Part shown: positions 7,886 through 15,544 of the stretch, piece by piece
Layout of the letters: every line of letters starts with the position of its first letter
How positions within the stretch are numbered: position 1 is the stretch's first letter
Source: Thermoplasmata archaeon
Lineage (GTDB): Archaea > Thermoplasmatota > Thermoplasmata > Lutacidiplasmatales > UBA184
Direction of reading: 5' to 3'
Length of the DNA: 28,035 nucleotides
Assembly: GCA_030039995.1 (NCBI GenBank)
Contig: JASHUL010000082.1
Location: 1-28,035, forward strand
The notes under the pieces: generated by a model
Seen by the model: only the letters and a program-made list of their open reading frames with translations
What the model was told of the DNA's origin: nothing
The model's database searches: none
Program-made: the position numbers and the translations under genes

Positions 7886-9451
7886 CTAGTTTCCCGACAG
7901 TGCGACCAGGTCGGGGACGAGATTCGCAACGTTCGGCGTTCCCCAGCCGGTCGCACCGTCCCAGCCGGGACCTGCATTGTACCCGACGTTGTCAGGGGAC
8001 CCGGCCACGGTGTTGTTTCCGATCGTGATGTCGTGAAAGTCCCGGTGATAGAGCCAGGGAGAATTCCCGATTTCGTACAGCGCCGGATTGATGAAGCCGA
8101 TAGTTCCTCGGTGCTCGATGGCAGCGAGCTGATCCGCCAGGGCCGCGATCCCCGCCCAGCACGGCGATCCTTGGCTGGTTCCAAAGGCATCGTAAAGTCC
8201 TGGACCGGCCCCGCCTAGGCTCCAATAGATGAAGACGCCGCCATCTCCGGCGGCATTGAACGAAACGTCCGGCGTCGTTCGCGCCGTGAGGCCCAACCCG
8301 CGCTGGTAGGACGGCACTCCAAAGAAGGCGCTCGGGGCGCCTCCGGACGCCACGTCGAAGGCGGGTTCGTTCCACACCTGTTCATCGCCGTAGCCGACCG
8401 GTGTGCACCTTGCGGTTGCGGTCGGGGACGCGGTGTTCAACTGACAGGAGGGGGTATTCAGGAAGTTCACCAATCCTGTGCTGCAGGTCCGACTCGCGCC
8501 GCACGACGGTATCGAGCCGAAATAGTAGGGAAAACCCATGGTGCCCCCTACCGCCGTGACCCACGGCGAAGACGCCGGGTACAGCGGGTTGGACGTAGTG
8601 TAGCCGAAAGGGGAGTTGTCGGCCCCCCAATCTCCCGAGCCGGCGAAGACGGTCGTCCCTTCCCGAGCTGCCAACTCGTACGCGGCCTCGCCCGTGGCCA
8701 GGGTCTCGCGAACATAGGCCGGGCTGCACACGCCATTGGGAGTATCGGTGAGCAAGAAGCAGGTGCCCTGGATCATATCGGGCTCGAAGTCGCCGAAACT
8801 CTGAGACACGATGCTGTGTGGGAACATGACGACGGCGCCGAGGGCAGCCTGCTCCAACGAGAGGTCGTCGTCCGACCGAGCAACAAACAGGACGATGTGG
8901 GCCCCGGGCGCCATGGCATGAGCCCATTGAGTGTCCTGATCGATCTCCGACGTCGAGCCGACTTGGATTGGATCCGAGGAATTGAAAACAGGGCATACGC
9001 CCCCCTCGCAAACGATCTGGATCGTCGTTCGTGGAAGGTGGAAGGCGGCGTCGAACGCGTTCAAGTCAGCCTGAACCGTCGGGCTTCCGAACGGGTCGAC
9101 GATGACGATCGTCTGACCGGTTCCGTCGAGATAGTTCGGGAAGTTGTAGGCCGTCCGGAGATCCTGCGGCGTGTAGCAGAGCACGTTGTAGGGGTTTGTC
9201 AGAGATGCGGCAGTGAGATTGGCAAACTCCCCCACGTTGCAATAGGGACTCGGCTGGCCGTTAGCGAGACCCTTTTCGACGAACATCGTCGCGAGCGGTG
9301 CGGACGGGCTCGTCCCCGTCGCGGTCGTAGTTGCAACCGACGTCGCGCCCGTGGCGTCGGGAAAAATGGGGAGGCTACTCAGTATCAAGATCACAAGAAC
9401 GGCGATCGGAATTCCGACGGCGCAATGCCCGCCCTGGATTGGAGCGCCCAT
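7886..9451 (-). CDS. Secreted S53 (sedolisin/kumamolisin-like) serine-carboxyl peptidase; 521 aa
   Basis: EIDQD (catalytic Glu and Asp), SGDWG (oxyanion Asp), GTSQGSP (nucleophile Ser), DITIGNN and GWDGATGWGTPN (Ca-site region). N-terminal signal or TM helix. Confidence 0.92.
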   Translation of the reverse strand: MGAPIQGGHCAVGIPIAVLVILILSSLPIFPDATGATSVATTTATGTSPSAPLATMFVEKGLANGQPSPYCNVGEFANLTAASLTNPYNVLCYTPQDLRTAYNFPNYLDGTGQTIVIVDPFGSPTVQADLNAFDAAFHLPRTTIQIVCEGGVCPVFNSSDPIQVGSTSEIDQDTQWAHAMAPGAHIVLFVARSDDDLSLEQAALGAVVMFPHSIVSQSFGDFEPDMIQGTCFLLTDTPNGVCSPAYVRETLATGEAAYELAAREGTTVFAGSGDWGADNSPFGYTTSNPLYPASSPWVTAVGGTMGFPYYFGSIPSCGASRTCSTGLVNFLNTPSCQLNTASPTATARCTPVGYGDEQVWNEPAFDVASGGAPSAFFGVPSYQRGLGLTARTTPDVSFNAAGDGGVFIYWSLGGAGPGLYDAFGTSQGSPCWAGIAALADQLAAIEHRGTIGFINPALYEIGNSPWLYHRDFHDITIGNNTVAGSPDNVGYNAGPGWDGATGWGTPNVANLVPDLVALSGN

Positions 9452-9769
9452 CGGGAACGCGCGACCACATCGGTCTACAGGTAGTTAATACGGGAGTTCC
9501 CGAAAATCGGGCGGCCTAAGTGTCCGGCGCGTGACGAGTCCGGAACGGGGACCGAGTGCATGGGCCCCTCACCCGGCGTCGGGCCAGAGGTCAGCGCCCA
9601 GCGGCCGTGTGCAACGGTGCTTGCACCGGGCTCCGAGCGGCGGGGAGCGGGCCGACTCTACATCCGCGTTCAGAGTGAGCGAACGACGTGCGTTCTTGCG
9701 CGACGCTGCGCCGAACGAAACCTCGGAGGGACACAGAGTTGAAGTACCGGGGCTCGCTGGCGGTCGCCA

Positions 9770-10522
9770 GTGGGAGCGCCGACGTCCTCAGCGACTTGGC
9801 CGATGAGTGCGAGTCCCGGGGCCGTCCGGGCCGGAGGCTCGCCCGACGAGCGGTCCGGAGCCTCTCGAATAAAGTGGGGTGCCCTCCTCGGAATCTTGGG
9901 CCTGCTCCTCGCGGTCGTCGGGGTGATGATCGTCATCCTCGACGTCGGACTCGGGGTTACAAACATCACCGCCTCTGGCTATGTCTCTCTCCTACACACG
10001 ATCCTTCTCGGCGTGGTGCTCGTGGTGGTCGGCGTGTTTCTCGCTTTCCTCTCGTTCATCCTCTACACCGCGGGATTCGCGAGCCTCCGAAGGGCGGATG
10101 GGCGCTTTCGCACCCCGATGGTGTTGTGCGTTATCGGGATTCTAGGGATCGCCCTCATCGGTGGATTCGTCATCATCTACGCGGCATCGATCAACTCGGC
10201 CATCAACTGCCCTTCGTCCGACAGCACGTGCCAGAACAATGCCACTTCGCTGACGCACGGCGAAGTCGGGATCGGCTACATCGGCGGTCTGTTCGGGTTC
10301 ATCGGGCTGATCGGCGCGATCCTCGGCTTGTACCGATTCGGGTCGAAATACTCGAGCTCCATCACCAAAGTCGGGGCCATATTGTACATCATCCCGATCG
10401 TCAGCGTGCTCGCGCCGATCCTGGTTTTCGTCGGAGCTCACCAGGTACAGAAGAAGCTCAGCGAGCCCGTCATGGCCACACCGGGCGTCGCGCCGAACTT
10501 TCCGGTACCCCCTCCGCCGTAG
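9770..10522 (+). CDS. DUF973-like multi-pass membrane protein; up to 250 aa
   Basis: About 5 hydrophobic helices and a C-terminal GLYRFGSKYSSSITKVGAILYIIPIVSVLAPILVFVG segment resembling archaeal DUF973 proteins. Start is GTG 9770 or ATG 9803. Confidence 0.75.
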   Translation: MGAPTSSATWPMSASPGAVRAGGSPDERSGASRIKWGALLGILGLLLAVVGVMIVILDVGLGVTNITASGYVSLLHTILLGVVLVVVGVFLAFLSFILYTAGFASLRRADGRFRTPMVLCVIGILGIALIGGFVIIYAASINSAINCPSSDSTCQNNATSLTHGEVGIGYIGGLFGFIGLIGAILGLYRFGSKYSSSITKVGAILYIIPIVSVLAPILVFVGAHQVQKKLSEPVMATPGVAPNFPVPPPP

Positions 10523-10710
10523 CGTCGTAATGGCTTGACCCCCCCGCCCTTTGGGGCCTGAGTGCGATGCGGACGAGGCGCACTTGGTAGTTGGAGCCGA
10601 AAAGAAGCGCGCCGGAGCCGATTGCCAAGTCTCATGTCGGTTCGGATCACCGCCGGTAGGCACGGAGGCGCGCAACTCTAGGATAAGTAGCGACGGACCG
10701 TCGGCGCGCT

Positions 10711-11550
10711 GTGAATTCGGACATTGAGCGGCGGTACGTCCTCGACGGCGGGTCGCCCGAGGTCGAACGACTGCGAATTCAATCGCTCGCCTTGGAACCC
10801 CATGCGGAGTCGTTGCTCGACGAGGCCGGTCTCTCCGAGGGGGCGAGCGCCCTCGACTTGGCGTGCGGCCCCGTCGGTCTTCTCCGTCCACTCTCCGTTC
10901 GTGTGGGACCGAAGGGGCGAGTGGTGGGCCTCGACCTCGACCCTGCGGAGGTTTCGGCGGCCCAGGACCATGTGCGGAGTCTGGGTCTGTCCAACGTCAC
11001 CGTCGTTCAGGGCGACGCGTTCCACACTGGATTCGAGGCCGACTCCTTTGACGTGGTTCACGCCCGGTTTCTCATCGCGCCGGTCGGCCGGGCCCACGAC
11101 CTCCTGACCGAAACGGTCCGAGTCACCAAGCCGGGAGGGCTCATTGTCATGGAGGAACCCGACTCGAGCGCGTGGAATTGCTATCCACCGTCGGCGGGCT
11201 TCGCACGGCTGAAAGAAGTGATCCGCGAGTGCTTTCGACTGGGCGGCAGTAGTTTCGACGCGGGCCCGGGCCTGTTCGCCCTTCTTCGCGCCGGCGGCCT
11301 GGACCAGGTCCGCACTCGCGGCGTCGCCATTCCGCTCTACGATAGCCATCCGTTCATGCGATCTACGGTGCAGTTCGCGGCGTCCCTCCGGCGACGGATC
11401 CTCGAGAATCGACTCATGACCGAGACGGAACTGGAGCTCGCGGTGGCGGACGTGGAGAAGGCGGTGATTCGCCCCGAGACCTGGATGCTTTCGTTCCTCG
11501 TGATCCAAGCTTGGGGACGAAAGCCCAAGTCCGCGCCGGCGGCGCGCTAG
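10711..11550 (+). CDS. Class I SAM-dependent methyltransferase; 279 aa
   Basis: ALDLACGPVG, VVGLDLDP, DSFDVVHARF and KPGGLIVMEE. ATAAGTA box 21 nt upstream of the GTG. Confidence 0.9.
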   Translation: MNSDIERRYVLDGGSPEVERLRIQSLALEPHAESLLDEAGLSEGASALDLACGPVGLLRPLSVRVGPKGRVVGLDLDPAEVSAAQDHVRSLGLSNVTVVQGDAFHTGFEADSFDVVHARFLIAPVGRAHDLLTETVRVTKPGGLIVMEEPDSSAWNCYPPSAGFARLKEVIRECFRLGGSSFDAGPGLFALLRAGGLDQVRTRGVAIPLYDSHPFMRSTVQFAASLRRRILENRLMTETELELAVADVEKAVIRPETWMLSFLVIQAWGRKPKSAPAAR

Positions 11551-11658
11551 GTCGTAGTTGCCGTTCGACCCGGCACAGCGCCAGGGAGGAAGGCCTCCGG
11601 CTGAGCTTGTTGGTTCGGGACTCGGAGGTGTCAGTCCTCAGCCACCCGCAGATCGCAG

Positions 11659-12018
11659 CTAGGCGCTCTCGACCACGCCCTGGACGACTCCGCCCGGAGC
11701 GACGAAGACGGCGTAGTGCCCCATGTTCGGGATGGCGGTCTTTGGGACTACGACCTTCGCCCCCGCGGTCTCGGCGTCTCGTAGGGTCTTCGAGATGTCC
11801 TTGACTTCGATGTACGATAGGGAACCGGGAGCCTCGACGTCCTGAGGCGCGCGCAGCGCACCGGTCGGGAGTCCGGGAGAAGTGGTCAACCAGTAACCCC
11901 CGCCGGCGTCGTCGAATCTCCAACCGAACACGCGTTCGTAGAATCGGATGCTCTGGGCAGGGTCCTTCGAGATCAACTCCACGTGGCTGACGGCTCCGGG
12001 CGTCGGTCGGTTCGCCAT
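11659..12018 (-). CDS. VOC family protein; about 119 aa
   Basis: VSHVELISKDPAQSIRFYERVFGW, YIEVKDI, GAKVVVPKTAIPNMGHYAVF. Start is ATG 12018 or GTG 12039. Confidence 0.9.
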   Translation of the reverse strand: MANRPTPGAVSHVELISKDPAQSIRFYERVFGWRFDDAGGGYWLTTSPGLPTGALRAPQDVEAPGSLSYIEVKDISKTLRDAETAGAKVVVPKTAIPNMGHYAVFVAPGGVVQGVVESA

Positions 12019-12136
12019 GGTTGCATTTCCCCGAGCCACTAGGGCTCAAACGACTCCATCCGAGTCGCGGTTCAAATACGGCCCAGGGTACGGAAAGTAA
12101 GCGTGCCTTTTCATGCGGTCGGTCGGTGAAGTGGGC

Positions 12137-12619
12137 ATGGAACCCGAGGTCCTCCCCACCGTCATGTGGAAGACCTGCCCGATTCGGGCGAGCCTCGGGG
12201 TGCTCGGCCGCCGCTGGTCCCTTCTGATCCTGCGGGATGTCTCCTTTTTTCGCAAGGTTCGATTCAGCGACATGCTCCGTACGAACCCTGGATTGAGTCC
12301 ACGGCTCCTATCGGTTCGGCTCCGGGAGCTCCAACGGGAGGGCCTGATCGAACGGGTGGCGAGTCCGACGGACTCTCGTCTCGTGTGGTACGATATCACC
12401 GAGAAGGGCCGCGACGTCGTTCCCATCCTCTCGGCATTCATCCAGTACGGTAGCAAGCACCGCGCGAAGGAGGTCTTCCCGGATCGGCGCCCGCGGGAGT
12501 TCGGGACTCTGTTCCCCGGTGCGGGAGAGTACATGCTCGGCCCGTTCTTCGACTACGCTCGCTCGTCTCGGACCCGAGCCAGTGCCGCGCCCTCGTCGCC
12601 CGAGAGGCGGTCGAAGTGA
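12137..12619 (+). CDS. HxlR/DUF24 winged-helix transcriptional regulator; about 160 aa
   Basis: TCPIRASLGVLGRRWSLLILRD, RFSDMLRTNPGLSPRLLSVRLRELQREGLIER, YDITEKGRD. GGTGA precedes ATG 12137; ATG 12113 is an alternative. Confidence 0.92.
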   Translation: MEPEVLPTVMWKTCPIRASLGVLGRRWSLLILRDVSFFRKVRFSDMLRTNPGLSPRLLSVRLRELQREGLIERVASPTDSRLVWYDITEKGRDVVPILSAFIQYGSKHRAKEVFPDRRPREFGTLFPGAGEYMLGPFFDYARSSRTRASAAPSSPERRSK

Positions 12620-13050
12620 TCCACTTCACGGTCGAGCGCGTGGTCCGTGTTTCGCCCGAGACGCTCTACGACTGGATGAGTGACTACTCGGATCGGGACT
12701 ACACGGGGCCGAACTGGTCTCCGAAAGAGGGGGTGCGGCGCGCGGTTTCAGAGCAAGACGCTCAACACGCGGTCTTCACCGACTATTACGGCAGGACGGC
12801 GCTGAACTATCGCGCGACCAAACAGCCGCCGTTTGGAGTCGAGGCCGAAGGGTTCGGGAACAACATGAACGCGCACGTTAGTCTCAAGATCTCCCCGACG
12901 ACCGACGGCGCGAGATTGGTGGTTGACTTCCGTTTCGACCCTCAGGGCGCGGCGAAGCTGTTCGCCGGACTGATGAGCGGGACTATCGTGCGGGCAACGA
13001 CTCGGCAAGTCGACAGCTTTCTCTCGGATCTCTCGACCGCTCCGACCTGA
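12616..13050 (+). CDS. SRPBCC/START-like ligand-binding protein; 144 aa
   Basis: FTVERVVRVSPETLYDWMSDY at the N-terminus, PTTDGARLVVDFRF, and a C-terminal helix. GTGA start/stop overlap with the HxlR gene. Confidence 0.78.
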   Translation: MIHFTVERVVRVSPETLYDWMSDYSDRDYTGPNWSPKEGVRRAVSEQDAQHAVFTDYYGRTALNYRATKQPPFGVEAEGFGNNMNAHVSLKISPTTDGARLVVDFRFDPQGAAKLFAGLMSGTIVRATTRQVDSFLSDLSTAPT

Positions 13051-13285
13051 ACGTCCCGGGACACGTGAGCTCCCGGAGCTACGGATCGGTCCACGCACCG
13101 GTGACGGGGGATACCCTACCATGGGCTGATTTCGAAGCCGAGTTGGCACGACTCCACGTAGTTTCTCCGCGGGACGGGCTTTCCACAGAAAATTGGCCTT
13201 CCCGTCGTTTCGGGGGGCGTTTACTCGCCCGACCGTAGATTTCACCGCTCGCACGACTTTTAGAGGTCGGATGTATCCGACCACC

Positions 13286-15244
13286 GTGGCGACCGGGCGC
13301 CGCCTCGCGGCGGTGATGTTTACCGACACCGTAGGGTTCACCGCCTCGACGCAGGCGAACGAGGGGCGCACGCTCGACCTGCTCCGCCAGCAATCGGAGT
13401 TGTTGCGTCCGCTCCTGACGCTCCATCAAGGCCGAGAGATCAAGTCCACCGGTGACGGGTTCCTGGTCGAATTCGACAGTGCGCTCAAGGCGGTCCGATG
13501 CGCCGTGAACATCCAGCGCAGCATCTACGAGAGGAATTCCGAAGCGCCTCAGAGCACCATTCGGATCCGCATCGGGGTCCACTTGGGCGATGTGGTCCAG
13601 AACGGCTCCGATATCCTCGGGGACGCCGTGAACATCGCGGCCCGCATCGAGCCGCTCGCGAACCCCGGCGGAGTGTGCGTCTCGGGAGCCGTCTACGAAC
13701 AGGTTCGCACCAAAGTCACGGAGAAGTTCGAAAAGCTGGAGGCGAGGGCCCTGAAAGGCGTCGAGCTGCCGATGGATGTCTATCGTGTCGTCCCCTCCTG
13801 GGAGGAGAACGGCGGGAAGGACGGAGGGGGCTTCCCCCACTCCCTCGACAAGGCGCGGGTCGCCGTGCTCCCCTTCGATAACATCAGCCCGAACCCCGAA
13901 GACGAGTACTTCGCGGACGGATTGACGGAGGAGCTGATCTCGAACCTCTCCCTGGTTCCCGGTCTGAAGGTCATCGCTCGGACGTCGATCCTCGGCTACA
14001 AGAAGGGCGAGAAGTCGGTCGCCGCGATCGGAAAGGAACTCGACGTCGGCACGGTGGTCGAGGGCAGTGTCCGTCGCGCGATGAACAAGATTCGGGTCAC
14101 CGTCCAGGTGATCGACGTCGCCACCGAGGAGCACCTTTGGTCGGCCAAGTACGACGACGATCTCGCCGACATCTTCGCGGTCCAGAGCGATATCGCCAAC
14201 AAGGTGGCGACCTCACTTCCGGGCGATCTACTGAAGCCGCAAGCTCCGGTCCCCGAAGTCGAACGCCCCAAGGAGACCGAGGCGTATCTTTCGTACCTTC
14301 AGGGCCAGGCGCTCATCTGGAAGCGGGACGAGGCCCCGCTGCGGAAATCCCTCGAGCACTTTCAGAAGGCGATCGAGAGCGACCCGACCTTTGCCCGAGC
14401 GTATGCCGGGATGGCTCGGGTGTACATCAACCTGGGCGTCGAGGGATACCTCAGCTGGGGCGGTTCGATCGAGATGGGGCAGGCGGCCGCCGAGCGAGCG
14501 GTCCGCCTGGACCCCGACCTGGCCGAGGCGCATGCGACCTTGGGAGAGATCGCCTTCATGGCGGACGATGCCGCGGAAACCTTGGACCGAGAGCTCCGAC
14601 GGGCCCTGGAGCTCAATCCGAACCTCACGCATGCCCACAGCATCCTGGGCGCGCTGGCAGGGTCTTTCGGAATCCTGGAGCCGTACCTCCTCGAAAACGA
14701 GGAGGCGTATCGATTGGACCCGCTCTCGCCCCCGATGATCCGGCGCCAGGGCGAGGCGCTGTTCAATTCGGGGCGTTACGAGGAGGCCGCGGCTCACTGG
14801 AAGGCGAATCTCGGAAACGACCCGATCGACGCCTATCGTGGCTTGGCGGAACTTCACATGCTCCGGGGCGAATACGACCAGGCGGACGCGATGGTGCGCG
14901 AGCTGGAGCGGCTCGCGCCGAGTAGCGACGGCGCCTTGCTGTCCCGGGGGTACCTCGCCGCACTGAGCGGGGACCGCGACACGGCCCTCCGCATGATCGA
15001 TCGGATCGCGGAGTTGTTCAAGAAGGGGTCTTCCCGTCAGTCGTCGATCGGGTACATTTACTACGCGCTGGGGGACACGGATCGGTTTTTCGAGTACATG
15101 ATGGCCGCGGCGAAGAACCACACCCTTCAGGCGGTGCGCGTCCGCCTCTGCCCGCTGTACGCGGCAGCCCGGAGAGACCCCCGGTTCGTGATGATGATCA
15201 TTCAGGCCGGTCGCCCCATGCAGGCCTCCAAAGCGCATAACTAG
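13286..15244 (+). CDS. Class III adenylate/guanylate cyclase + TolB-like domain + TPR repeats (paralog 2); about 652 aa
   Basis: MFTDTVGFT, EIKSTGDG, DILGDAVNIAARIE and VAVLPFDNISPNPEDEYFADGLTEELI, then TPR-like helices. Start moved to GTG 13286, 22 nt after TTTTAG and collinear with the N-terminus of paralog 1; ATG 13271 is possible. Confidence 0.92.
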   Translation: MATGRRLAAVMFTDTVGFTASTQANEGRTLDLLRQQSELLRPLLTLHQGREIKSTGDGFLVEFDSALKAVRCAVNIQRSIYERNSEAPQSTIRIRIGVHLGDVVQNGSDILGDAVNIAARIEPLANPGGVCVSGAVYEQVRTKVTEKFEKLEARALKGVELPMDVYRVVPSWEENGGKDGGGFPHSLDKARVAVLPFDNISPNPEDEYFADGLTEELISNLSLVPGLKVIARTSILGYKKGEKSVAAIGKELDVGTVVEGSVRRAMNKIRVTVQVIDVATEEHLWSAKYDDDLADIFAVQSDIANKVATSLPGDLLKPQAPVPEVERPKETEAYLSYLQGQALIWKRDEAPLRKSLEHFQKAIESDPTFARAYAGMARVYINLGVEGYLSWGGSIEMGQAAAERAVRLDPDLAEAHATLGEIAFMADDAAETLDRELRRALELNPNLTHAHSILGALAGSFGILEPYLLENEEAYRLDPLSPPMIRRQGEALFNSGRYEEAAAHWKANLGNDPIDAYRGLAELHMLRGEYDQADAMVRELERLAPSSDGALLSRGYLAALSGDRDTALRMIDRIAELFKKGSSRQSSIGYIYYALGDTDRFFEYMMAAAKNHTLQAVRVRLCPLYAAARRDPRFVMMIIQAGRPMQASKAHN

Positions 15245-15544
15245 ACCCTTCCGGGGGGCCCGGGCTGCTTCCTCGACCGAGGAATCCGTAGCTCCATGGC
15301 GGACGGACGGATGAGGGACCTTGACGCCCGGCGGGATTATCCTCGAGACCATTCACAGCTGCGATGACTGTGGCAACGCCCCCCCGAAACCGCGGTGGGA
15401 GCCGATTCCGATTCGCCGGGGATTCAGGGTGGGCTGCCACGCTCTCGGGAGAGCCATCCGGACCGGTTTCGGATACCGAACTGTTTAGATACTGCTACTT
15501 CGGCTCTACTACGCCGGCATCGGGCCGAGCGGCCCGTCCGGCAA

